A stretch of 64,000 bases of DNA from positions 32,001-96,000 of IMG/VR virus record IMGVR_UViG_3300023179_004209. One strand, written 5' to 3'. Source of the DNA: a virus (lineage: Duplodnaviria; Heunggongvirae; Uroviricota; Caudoviricetes). Positions within the stretch are counted from its first letter, which is position 1. Every line of letters begins with the position of its first letter. The notes under the pieces were generated by a model. The model saw only the letters and a list, made by a program, of their open reading frames with translations, did no database searches and had not been told where the DNA came from. Positions 46,869-56,074 of the stretch are shown piece after piece. The position numbers were made by a program, and so were the translations under genes.

Positions 46869-48374
46869 ATGTCACGATCTAAAAATTCAAAAAATTGGTT
46901 GACTATACATTGCAAATTTTGTAATGGTGTGTTTGAATGTAGGGTAAGTAAACCAAAAGTCTTTTGCAGTAAGAAGTGTAGTAACAGTGATAGTTCTACA
47001 AAACAAAAGATAATTGACGGACAAAAAAAGACTTTTGACGAAAAATATGGTGGACATCCAATGACAACGGATATGGTAAAATCTAACTTTAAATCTGCAA
47101 TCCTTGAAAAATATGGAGTGGATAGTTATAGCAAACTCCCAGAATATAGAAATAAAGTTAAAAAAACAATGTTAGAAAAGTATGGGGATGAGAATTATTC
47201 TAATGTAGAACAAACTAAATCTACTATGATGGATAGATACGGAGTAGATAATGCAGCTAAGATCAAATCCGTGATTGATAAACGATCACATACTAAGAAA
47301 TCAAACCACTATGAGTTCCTAATTAATTACTGTAATAGTAACAAGTTACAATTTCTGTGTGATGAAGTGGATTATAAAGGTTACCACTTTAGTAATATTT
47401 ATAAATTTAAATGTGATGTATGTGATAAAACACTCGAAAGTACAGTTTATAATTTAAACAATCTATTCTGTGATTATTGTCATCCAGAAAAAATCACTAC
47501 AGTTGAAAATCAATTTTATAATTTTCTACAGGAAATTTTACCGAAAGATATAGTCATTAAACGAAATGATAGAACCATATTAAATGGAAAAGAACTGGAT
47601 TTTTATATACCAAATCTAAACCTTGCGTTTGAAATTAATGGATTATACTGGCACAGTGAAAATGGTGGAGGTATCAATAAAAATTATCACCTAAACAAAA
47701 CAAAGTCTTGTAGTTTTTATGGCATTTCATTGATTCATATATTTGAAAATGAATGGATTAACAAAACGGAGATTGTTAAATCAATAATCAAAATATTGAC
47801 AAAAACAAATAATCTTGTTAAAATTAATGCAAGAGAATGTAAAATCAAAGAAGTAAATGAATATGATAAAAATAAATTTCTAAATGATAATCATTTACAA
47901 GGCGAAGACAAATCCACAATCAAATTGGGAATGTATCTAAAAGATGATTTAGTAAGCATTATGACTTTTAGAAAAACTTCACGGTTTGATAAAACAAGTG
48001 AATGGGAATTGGTGAGATTTTGCAATAAAATTAATACCATAGTTAATGGTGGCGCAAGTAAATTATTAAAACATTTTATAAAACAGTATAATCCAAAAAA
48101 CATTGTCAGTTATAGTGATAGAAGATATTTTACAGGCAAAATTTATGAAACTTTAGGATTCAAATTCGTAAGTCATACACCTCCTAATTATCATTATCTA
48201 ATTAATAATTATAAAGATATTAGACACCGCATGAGTTTCCAAAAGCATAAATTAGAAAAATTATTAAAAATATACAACCATTCGTTAAGCGAATGGGAAA
48301 ATATGAAAAATAATGGTTATGATAGAATTTGGGATTGCGGACATGGAAAATATTTTTTAACTATTTCACTATAA
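46869..48374 (+). CDS. Hef-like freestanding endonuclease: Zn ribbon, EKYG repeats, Vsr-like nuclease, GNAT/Mom-like C-domain
   Basis: CKFC..FCSKKC, EKYGG/EKYGV/EKYGD/DRYGV, ELDFYIP..LAFEINGLYWHS, NHLQG..WELVRFC..SYSDRR..IWDCG; opposite strand to neighbours. Confidence 0.75.
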   Translation: MSRSKNSKNWLTIHCKFCNGVFECRVSKPKVFCSKKCSNSDSSTKQKIIDGQKKTFDEKYGGHPMTTDMVKSNFKSAILEKYGVDSYSKLPEYRNKVKKTMLEKYGDENYSNVEQTKSTMMDRYGVDNAAKIKSVIDKRSHTKKSNHYEFLINYCNSNKLQFLCDEVDYKGYHFSNIYKFKCDVCDKTLESTVYNLNNLFCDYCHPEKITTVENQFYNFLQEILPKDIVIKRNDRTILNGKELDFYIPNLNLAFEINGLYWHSENGGGINKNYHLNKTKSCSFYGISLIHIFENEWINKTEIVKSIIKILTKTNNLVKINARECKIKEVNEYDKNKFLNDNHLQGEDKSTIKLGMYLKDDLVSIMTFRKTSRFDKTSEWELVRFCNKINTIVNGGASKLLKHFIKQYNPKNIVSYSDRRYFTGKIYETLGFKFVSHTPPNYHYLINNYKDIRHRMSFQKHKLEKLLKIYNHSLSEWENMKNNGYDRIWDCGHGKYFLTISL

Positions 48375-48378
48375 AATC

Positions 48379-48406
48379 TTGACAGGACTTACAGACTTTG
48401 TATAAT
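48379..48406 (+). promoter_or_regulatory. Consensus sigma70 promoter with no downstream + strand gene
   Basis: TTGACA-N16-TATAAT facing the 3' end of a - strand gene. Confidence 0.55.
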
Positions 48407-48434
48407 TTGCTTACGCATTGCGCTTGATGCGCTT

Positions 48435-49115
48435 TTAATTGTTTAAACTTTGTTTTTTATCGTACAGGTTTATAATTTCCTGTTTTAGTTTTTCTATATA
48501 ATTCCTGTTTCGCAAAATCTTAAATACTAAATTCTCTGTGCTTAATTCTCCTGATTTATCTAGACCTGATTGGCGCATATCATAAACATCTTTAACAATT
48601 GTTTTAAGCTTTTCTATATCCTGTGCTTTAAGCGCAGAATTAATTTTTCTGACAAAATCATTATATTTTTCTTGAATTTTTTCTTTATCAATTTCAATAT
48701 TTTCTTTTTGTGGTTCACTAATCCATTTATCTTGCATTAATGAATATACTCCGGTAGATCTATTTTCTTTAGTTACATCTTGAATATAAACTTCAACATT
48801 GTGTCCTTTAAGATGTATATCATGTTCATCGTTCCATTTTGATTTAAGAGCATTTACTAATTTTTCAACAAGCTCTACATTTTCATCAACATCTTTGAAA
48901 TCTATTACTACATGAACATCAAAGTCACTTGTATCTGACCAATTATAATTTGCCAAACTACCTACGAACAATACATCTTTTAAAGGCGCATCGGTTTCTG
49001 TATCCGCATAGAAATCTTTGCCTATTTGCAATAGTTTTTCTTTAATTTCCGGTTTTAATTTTAAATTATCCCAGATATTAGGATTAAGTGTATCGTTATA
49101 GATTCTTACCTTCAT
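48435..49115 (-). CDS. Pol-beta superfamily nucleotidyltransferase
   Basis: GSLANYNW..SDFDVH, VEVYIQD, GELSTENLVFKILR. Confidence 0.8.
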   Translation of the reverse strand: MKVRIYNDTLNPNIWDNLKLKPEIKEKLLQIGKDFYADTETDAPLKDVLFVGSLANYNWSDTSDFDVHVVIDFKDVDENVELVEKLVNALKSKWNDEHDIHLKGHNVEVYIQDVTKENRSTGVYSLMQDKWISEPQKENIEIDKEKIQEKYNDFVRKINSALKAQDIEKLKTIVKDVYDMRQSGLDKSGELSTENLVFKILRNRNYIEKLKQEIINLYDKKQSLNN

Positions 49116-49714
49116 ATTTTTATTTTAGCCTTAAGTTCATCTATGGCTTGATGTGCGTCTGTGAAAATGATACCATTACCTCCAGAAGCAATAAACGCTT
49201 CAATATTAGGAGATAAATCGTCTATTAGAATACTGTTTGGAGTTGCGTATTTGGCTTTGCTTTTGCCAGAATCGCTGAATATTATAGAAATTGGACCAGA
49301 CCAATGTGTTCTTAACCATGTTCTTTTGCCAGATTCTATATTTTTAATATAGTCTACAGCTTCTTGACGGGGATAATTTCTCAATATTTGTCCAGCACTT
49401 GTACTGGTTAAAAACTTCAATTTGAATCTACCATCTGTTGCAATAGTGGTTAATTCTGTTTTAAAATAATCAAATTCTGGCATTGTATCCATTGTTGACC
49501 AGAATTTTTCGCCTTCTTGTAAAATTACATTCCAAAATTCTTTTGTTCCATTGGATGCTTCAAATTCTTTTGGTGGTGTACTTGTTAATTTTTCAAATTG
49601 TTTTTCAAAGTCACATAGTACTCCGTCCATGTCGCAATATATTGTTATTTCAACATTATTTTCCAATAAATTTGCGTCAAAGATTTCTTTTACTATAGAC
49701 TTTAATTTTATCAT
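49112..49714 (-). CDS. HAD 5'(3')-deoxyribonucleotidase-like
   Basis: DMDGVLCDF, LTS, GKRTW, ILIDD...NI. Confidence 0.8.
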   Translation of the reverse strand: MIKLKSIVKEIFDANLLENNVEITIYCDMDGVLCDFEKQFEKLTSTPPKEFEASNGTKEFWNVILQEGEKFWSTMDTMPEFDYFKTELTTIATDGRFKLKFLTSTSAGQILRNYPRQEAVDYIKNIESGKRTWLRTHWSGPISIIFSDSGKSKAKYATPNSILIDDLSPNIEAFIASGGNGIIFTDAHQAIDELKAKIKI

Positions 49715-49742
49715 ACGATATAATAAATAGTAACAAAAAATA

Positions 49743-50447
49743 CTATAATCCGTACCTTTTTCGTGTAGTGTTATAGTTTTGCAATATTTCTGATGTGCTC
49801 AATGTTCGATTGTAAATCATACACATAGATAATGAACTATCCAAATACGAAGAAGATCCACCATAAGAATTTATATATATAAAATCTGGATCGGTTATTA
49901 ATGGGACATTGCCAAGAGAAGAACCAAAAGTTGTACTTTTTAATGTATTATTTATATATATGTTGTATTGAGAACTTTCGTAGTTAAAAACAATATTATA
50001 CCAAGAACCGGCAGATAAAGTCCCACCATCATTTACGGAAGTTCTTCTATCGCCTGGTTCTTGTACAATAGTAATATATTCATTCGTTACACGGCCTGTA
50101 GTATCTCCAAAACTAATATATTTAGCCGTACTACTTTTGAATTGAATTAAAACTTTAGAAGCCGATGCGGAATTAATTATTGTAGTTGGTTTAATCCACA
50201 TACTAATACAATATATACTAAAAGTAGTTACTGGATTCAAAATCGCATAATCATTTGTGCCGTCAAATACAAGTGTTCCTATATTTGATGTGTTAAATGT
50301 AGGTCCATTTGTCAATGTAAGATTTTTTCCATCTCCACTTAAATCATACCAAGTTGTACCTGTTCTTGGATAGCTTTTATTATTAGCCGCATCCAAATAT
50401 AATACTAATCCGTTTGATACAATTTTTGGTCCTCTGGATAATGACAT
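49743..50447 (-). CDS. LamG/ConA-like lectin virion protein (paralog 1)
   Basis: GLVLYLDAAN..SY...W.DLSG, FDGTND, YNRTLS.SEILQNYN. Confidence 0.85.
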   Translation of the reverse strand: MSLSRGPKIVSNGLVLYLDAANNKSYPRTGTTWYDLSGDGKNLTLTNGPTFNTSNIGTLVFDGTNDYAILNPVTTFSIYCISMWIKPTTIINSASASKVLIQFKSSTAKYISFGDTTGRVTNEYITIVQEPGDRRTSVNDGGTLSAGSWYNIVFNYESSQYNIYINNTLKSTTFGSSLGNVPLITDPDFIYINSYGGSSSYLDSSLSMCMIYNRTLSTSEILQNYNTTRKRYGL

Positions 50448-50456
50448 ATACTATAA

Positions 50457-51158
50457 TTATAACCCAAATCTACTTTTAACCGCATTATAGTTTTGTAATA
50501 CTTCTGATGCGGTTAAACCTCTAGAATTATAAAAAGAAAGGTTTGCTATTTTTCCGTAAAAAGGCAATCCATTGTGTGAATATTGTCCTATAGTTGGTGT
50601 ATACGAATTGTCGTTGAAATCATAGGATACTGTTCCGGATACTTTTTGCACACCATTTATATATATTGAAAATTGATTGCTGCCGGTTCCTAATCTACTA
50701 TAACATACATTTATCCAAGTATTTTGAGACACAGTGCCTACATCTGTGGATACTGATGTACCACCACCATCCCCATATGTAAAAAACATATAATTACTAT
50801 TATGATATCCCATCGTGAAATAATTTCGTCCTGAAATCGTTTGTGTCCAAATAAAACCTACACTAAATTGTGATTGATTGCCTAAAACATAAATCCATGC
50901 ATTTAAAGAAAATGGTGAAACTCCATAGATGAAAGATGAATTCATTGATATAGTAACTTTATCATCGGTACCATCAAATACTATAGCGCCCATATTTGCT
51001 GCGTTAAATGTAGGACCATTGGTTAATGTGCCGTTATTACTGTTGCCACTTAAATCTCTCCAAGTAGTACCAGATCCAGTATAACTTTTATAATTCGCAG
51101 CATCTAAGGATAACACCAATCCATTTTCATTTATATCTGGTCCAATTTTTCCTGACAT
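50457..51158 (-). CDS. LamG/ConA-like lectin virion protein (paralog 2)
   Basis: Same terminal motifs, divergent core. Confidence 0.85.
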   Translation of the reverse strand: MSGKIGPDINENGLVLSLDAANYKSYTGSGTTWRDLSGNSNNGTLTNGPTFNAANMGAIVFDGTDDKVTISMNSSFIYGVSPFSLNAWIYVLGNQSQFSVGFIWTQTISGRNYFTMGYHNSNYMFFTYGDGGGTSVSTDVGTVSQNTWINVCYSRLGTGSNQFSIYINGVQKVSGTVSYDFNDNSYTPTIGQYSHNGLPFYGKIANLSFYNSRGLTASEVLQNYNAVKSRFGL

Positions 51159-51169
51159 ATCTTTTATAA

Positions 51170-51856
51170 TTATCTACCAAATCTACTTTTTGTAGCATTA
51201 TAGTTACGAAGTATTTCTGTTGCGGTTAATGCGATATTACCGATAATAATATTTGACATCCTTCCATTTAAATACCAAAGCGCACCACTACTTCTTACGA
51301 ACCCAACATATAAATTGCTTTGTTGAGATGGGGTATAATTTACATTTCCAGATGCAACTGATATTCCGTTTAAATATATTGTTATTACCCCACTGTTACG
51401 AACTGCTGCAAAATTATACCAATTTCCTACAGTAACTAATCCAGCCGCACTAACAAAATTATCTCCTACAGTACTAGCAACAGTATTTAAATAAATACTA
51501 CCATCAGAATTTCCTGCTATTTGTACTCTGTTTGTATTTAAACCAGTATTTCCATTAAAAAAAAGACCATAACCATTGGCCCCACCTAACGAATTTGTAT
51601 TAAACCAAAATTGTATTGTAAAATCCGCATTATAATTCCAAACCAATGAATTTATTAATAAATAGTCATCAGTACCGTCAAAAACTATGTTACCCATATT
51701 ACCAGAACTAAAGGTTGGTCCGTTAACTAATGTAAAATTATTGTTATTACCGCTTAAATCTGTACATGTTGTACCTGAACCAGGATAACTATTTCTATTA
51801 GCAGCATCTAAATACAATACCAAACCATTTGTTATTATTTTTGGTCCGTAAAACAT
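51170..51856 (-). CDS. LamG/ConA-like lectin virion protein (paralog 3)
   Basis: Same terminal motifs; likely start ATG 51856. Confidence 0.85.
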   Translation of the reverse strand: MFYGPKIITNGLVLYLDAANRNSYPGSGTTCTDLSGNNNNFTLVNGPTFSSGNMGNIVFDGTDDYLLINSLVWNYNADFTIQFWFNTNSLGGANGYGLFFNGNTGLNTNRVQIAGNSDGSIYLNTVASTVGDNFVSAAGLVTVGNWYNFAAVRNSGVITIYLNGISVASGNVNYTPSQQSNLYVGFVRSSGALWYLNGRMSNIIIGNIALTATEILRNYNATKSRFGR

Positions 51857-51860
51857 AAAT

Positions 51861-52688
51861 TTAATTAGCAATATATAACCAAGCTCTTAATGTATTACTT
51901 GTTGAAGATGCATAATCCGTATATCCCGCACTATATGATACACTTCCAACTGGTCCGCTTCCTCCATTTTTAATTCCAATACCTATTATTCTATCTCTAC
52001 TATCACTTGAATCTTGATCTGCCGTCCAACCAAATCTACAATAACCATACCCTGATGGGTCCGGTGTTCCATGTTGCCAACCATATCTAAAATAAGTAGA
52101 ACCCCAATTTATAGCACTAAAACCTGCACCTGTAATAGCATCGCCCCATCCACCAGCTCTAGCTGCACTTGATGATGGAATTAAATTACCTCCTGTAATA
52201 GTTGTTCCGTTTGGCGTTACTGCAGTAGGAACGCTTAGAATACCATTTGCTAATGCTCTAGCAGTATAACTTGAATGGTCTAAGTAATGTAAATATGAAT
52301 TTGTATTTTGATATAATACCAAAGCGGTTCTGGTTGTTGTTGTATTATAAAAAGCTGTATGAACTTGATTACTAGCACTAATTGGATTTAATGCCGTGCT
52401 TATTCCTCCTGTTGTATCGGTCCATACAGTCGAATCATAACCATATGTTGAACCTGCGCCTGATGTAGTCATTATTAATATATAAGGTCCGCCATTTAAT
52501 GAAAAATTCACATAACATTCTGTACTTATTGAATTAATTAATATAAAATAATTACCATTAGTCGAAACGCCTAAATTTGATAACTGTGTAGCGGAAGTAG
52601 CAGGATTGCCTTGACTTCTACCAATTAAAGTAGGATTAACCGCATTACTATTGTTGTATCTGGAAGTACTAAGGGTTTTAATATTCAT
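51861..52688 (-). CDS. Putative receptor-binding protein with fibrinogen-like N-terminal motif
   Basis: PATSA..L....STNGNYFI....ECYVNF..NGGPYIL pattern. Confidence 0.55.
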   Translation of the reverse strand: MNIKTLSTSRYNNSNAVNPTLIGRSQGNPATSATQLSNLGVSTNGNYFILINSISTECYVNFSLNGGPYILIMTTSGAGSTYGYDSTVWTDTTGGISTALNPISASNQVHTAFYNTTTTRTALVLYQNTNSYLHYLDHSSYTARALANGILSVPTAVTPNGTTITGGNLIPSSSAARAGGWGDAITGAGFSAINWGSTYFRYGWQHGTPDPSGYGYCRFGWTADQDSSDSRDRIIGIGIKNGGSGPVGSVSYSAGYTDYASSTSNTLRAWLYIAN

Positions 52689-52689
52689 A

Positions 52690-53019
52690 TTAACTTATTT
52701 CTGTGCCGAATAGGTTAAATGATTGGCTAGTGGATGATGCGTAAACTTGAACTTTATCATATTGTCCAAGAGTCATACCGATTGTTAATGCTATACTATC
52801 GTTTGCAGGTACAACAGTATCATAAGCCAAATAACTTTTGGCTTGAAGTGATGAACCTGATGATAACACTGCGATTCTGAATGTACCATTTGTTGCGGCT
52901 AAATTGGCTATATTTAGTGTTGAACATACTGCGGATGTTGCAGCAGGTACTGTATATAAATCGGTACTGGATGTTAAAGCAGGATTTGATTGTCCTAAAA
53001 TTTTATATGATGTTGCCAT
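52690..53019 (-). CDS. Small beta-rich virion protein (putative fibre adaptor)
   Basis: MATSYKILGQSNP, DLYTVPA, ends FNLFGTEIS; directly after a fibre gene. Confidence 0.65.
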   Translation of the reverse strand: MATSYKILGQSNPALTSSTDLYTVPAATSAVCSTLNIANLAATNGTFRIAVLSSGSSLQAKSYLAYDTVVPANDSIALTIGMTLGQYDKVQVYASSTSQSFNLFGTEIS

Positions 53020-53046
53020 ATTCTATATATATTTTTAAATTTTGAT

Positions 53047-55326
53047 TTACCCCAACAAAAATGGATGAAATGATTCTGCTGTAGGAGCATTTATTAAATA
53101 ACTTGATGTCACAGCATAACTGGCAGATTCTACTGTAGTTTGTACATTTTTATAATTTAATACATTGACATACACTCTGTCTACTGATGCACTAAGAAAA
53201 GGCGACCCACTAATAGGTGTACCACTTACAGACATTTTTCTAATTTTTAGTGAACTGTCACTAAGTTTTTCAACACCATAATCAACATTAGTATCATTCA
53301 ATCCGCCAACCAAACCAATGTATTTTGTTTCATATTGTGGTACTTGATTTGAAAATTCTATAGACTGTGTTGCAAAACTTGATGTATATCTAGCTATACC
53401 TTTGGTTATACGAAGTTCATCTATATAACCATAAAAATAACCTTCAAATCCAGTATATAAAAATCCCCCAATAATTGTTGATCTTGTGGTTATGGATTTT
53501 GTAATAGATACCGGTGTACCACTAACACCATTAACAAATACTCTAACTGTTCCGGCATTTCTTGTTACTGCTATATGATTCCATACATTTAATGTAGTCG
53601 CTGGACCATAGGCAAATGCCTGGCTAGAATTATCTCTTATCTGAATTACAGCATTTGATGCATCTGCATTAATAGCAAAATAATTGTTATCTGCACCTGT
53701 AGCATTTGAAATTAAAATTGAATTCGTTGATACTCTATAGAACCAACATTCAATAGTAAAATCGTCGGTGCCGAAATTAGATACAGTATTTGGCGTTGAA
53801 AGATAATCATTTGTACCGTCAAAATAAGCACTAGCGCCACCAAATTTACTTTGCACAGTACTTATAGCCGAACCATTATTCGATGTAACTGTAAGGTTAT
53901 TTGGACTATTGTCAATAAAAGTTGTACTACCGTTACTGCCACTAAAATGCATTAATAAACTACAACTATTATAGTATAAATCACCAGAAATAGTGTTCCA
54001 TTCTTCTATGACACTGACATCCCATTTATTTCCTGATAAGTCTAAGCCTGTGATTGTATTTTCTTGACTGGTAGTTACATTATATAATATTGTTTGATTG
54101 CTTATGCTACCAGTTTGAATTCCACCCAATACATAACTAGCTGTTAATGCATAACTACTAGTCACCATTACATTCGTATAATCAAGAATATTTACATACA
54201 CTCTGTCTACAGATGCGCTTAATTGTCCTGAACCACTTAATGGCTGACCACTAGCAGTCATCTTTCTTATTTTTAATGAAGAATTCGATAACTTTTCAAC
54301 ACCATAATCAACATTACTATCATTTAATCCGCCTACTAATCCAATATATTTTGTTTCATATTGGGGTATCGTTCCTTGTGTATCTGGAAATACAGATTCT
54401 GGTACTGTGAAACTACTTGTATATCTAGCTACACCTTTTGTTATTCTTAATTCATCAATATAACCGTTTATACATACATTATTACTTTGTCCTATGACTA
54501 ATGGATAAGAATTACTGGATTGTGGTGTACCTGATACTGATGCAGATGAAACGGACATTGTACCATTTATAAAAAGTCTAATACCAGTAGAATTTTTGGT
54601 CATTGCAATATGATTCCACTGACCAACATTTATAGTTTCTGTGGAAGAAAGATATAAACTAACACCATTATAATAATAAAAAGACAACTGTTTACTATTT
54701 AGTGGTCCAAATGACCAATAATTTATGCCACTCGATGGGTCTAGATTGCCAATCAAAACAGGAACATTACTATAAGACAACGAAGAACTATTATTTGGAT
54801 ATATAAAACATTCAATTGTATAATCTGTTGTCCACCAATCAAATGCTGTAGTCGTGTATGTTGTTGTTATATAATCACCAGTACCATCAAGATATAAACT
54901 GCTTCCTCCAAATTTACTTTGAACTGTACTTATTTGAGCATTTCCGTATCTAGTAAAAGATTTTGGTGAAGAACTGTTATCTACAAATGTAGTACTGCCA
55001 TCAGAGCCACTAAAATGCATCAATAAACTACAACTATTATAATATACATCACCAGGAATAGAACTACTATTCCATTCTTCTATAACAGTAACTCCCCATT
55101 TATTGCTTGAAAGATTTAAACCCGATATAATATTATCTTGTGAAGTTGTAACATTGTATAAAACTATTTGATTTGCAATGCTGCCTGTTTGAACTGCACC
55201 ACCGCTTCCACCTGAACCACCGTTCATTGCGTATGATGCGGTTATTGCATAACTGGATGTACCTTGAAAGGTTGAACCTGTTGAAATTAAACTGGGTGAT
55301 ACTTTTGTTTTTCCTAGTGTAGGCAT
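53047..55326 (-). CDS. Tail fibre-like protein with two LamG cassettes
   Basis: Two QTGSI..SLLMHF[LamG]GYIDELRITKG..PQYETKY..DRVYVN units; ends FHPFLLG. Confidence 0.8.
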   Translation of the reverse strand: MPTLGKTKVSPSLISTGSTFQGTSSYAITASYAMNGGSGGSGGAVQTGSIANQIVLYNVTTSQDNIISGLNLSSNKWGVTVIEEWNSSSIPGDVYYNSCSLLMHFSGSDGSTTFVDNSSSPKSFTRYGNAQISTVQSKFGGSSLYLDGTGDYITTTYTTTAFDWWTTDYTIECFIYPNNSSSLSYSNVPVLIGNLDPSSGINYWSFGPLNSKQLSFYYYNGVSLYLSSTETINVGQWNHIAMTKNSTGIRLFINGTMSVSSASVSGTPQSSNSYPLVIGQSNNVCINGYIDELRITKGVARYTSSFTVPESVFPDTQGTIPQYETKYIGLVGGLNDSNVDYGVEKLSNSSLKIRKMTASGQPLSGSGQLSASVDRVYVNILDYTNVMVTSSYALTASYVLGGIQTGSISNQTILYNVTTSQENTITGLDLSGNKWDVSVIEEWNTISGDLYYNSCSLLMHFSGSNGSTTFIDNSPNNLTVTSNNGSAISTVQSKFGGASAYFDGTNDYLSTPNTVSNFGTDDFTIECWFYRVSTNSILISNATGADNNYFAINADASNAVIQIRDNSSQAFAYGPATTLNVWNHIAVTRNAGTVRVFVNGVSGTPVSITKSITTRSTIIGGFLYTGFEGYFYGYIDELRITKGIARYTSSFATQSIEFSNQVPQYETKYIGLVGGLNDTNVDYGVEKLSDSSLKIRKMSVSGTPISGSPFLSASVDRVYVNVLNYKNVQTTVESASYAVTSSYLINAPTAESFHPFLLG

Positions 55327-55350
55327 ATTCTATAAATATATGATATTATT

Positions 55351-56070
55351 TTATAATCCATATCTTGATTTTACAGCATTATAATTTTGTAATACTTCAC
55401 TTGCACTTAATGATCTATTATAAACTTGAGCACCTGCTATATTTCCTTGATAGATATAATCAGAACCATTGTAATAAATACCAATAGTTGGATATTGATT
55501 TGATAAAACAGAACCAGCAGCACTAAAGTTTCCAACCGAAGTACCGTTAATATATTGATACACTGTTCCAGAACTTCTTGTAATACCTACATATTTCCAT
55601 GTTCCATCCGCAATAGATGTAGATGTATTCTGAACTGCGCCGGCAACCCATGTTCTAAAAACTCCTGATGTGATTGTTGTAAAAAGAATTATACCATTTC
55701 CTGTTGAAGCATCATCCAAAGCAAATATAGTAGTATAATTTGAAACTTTTGTAGTATTTATCCAAGAAAATACAGAAAAGTCTCCTGTTCCAAAATTAAA
55801 CGCAGAATTTATAGAAAAATTAACTCTGTCATTTGTACCATCAAATACTATACTACCACCATTTGCACTACTAAAAGTAGGACCATTTGTTAATGTACCG
55901 TTATTTCCATAACCACTTAAATCTGTCCATGTTGTACCAGTACCAGGATAACTAGAAAGATTGCCTGCGTCTAGATATAAAATTGACCCTGAAGTGATAG
56001 AAACTACAGAATTTGTACTATTAAATCTAGAACCTGTTAATTTTCTTTGTGATGTTGTTTTTAAACTCAT
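55351..56070 (-). CDS. LamG/ConA-like lectin virion protein (paralog 4)
   Basis: ILYLDAG..SYPGTGTTWTDLSG, YNRSLSASEVLQNYN; likely start ATG 56070. Confidence 0.85.
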   Translation of the reverse strand: MSLKTTSQRKLTGSRFNSTNSVVSITSGSILYLDAGNLSSYPGTGTTWTDLSGYGNNGTLTNGPTFSSANGGSIVFDGTNDRVNFSINSAFNFGTGDFSVFSWINTTKVSNYTTIFALDDASTGNGIILFTTITSGVFRTWVAGAVQNTSTSIADGTWKYVGITRSSGTVYQYINGTSVGNFSAAGSVLSNQYPTIGIYYNGSDYIYQGNIAGAQVYNRSLSASEVLQNYNAVKSRYGL

Positions 56071-56074
56071 AACT

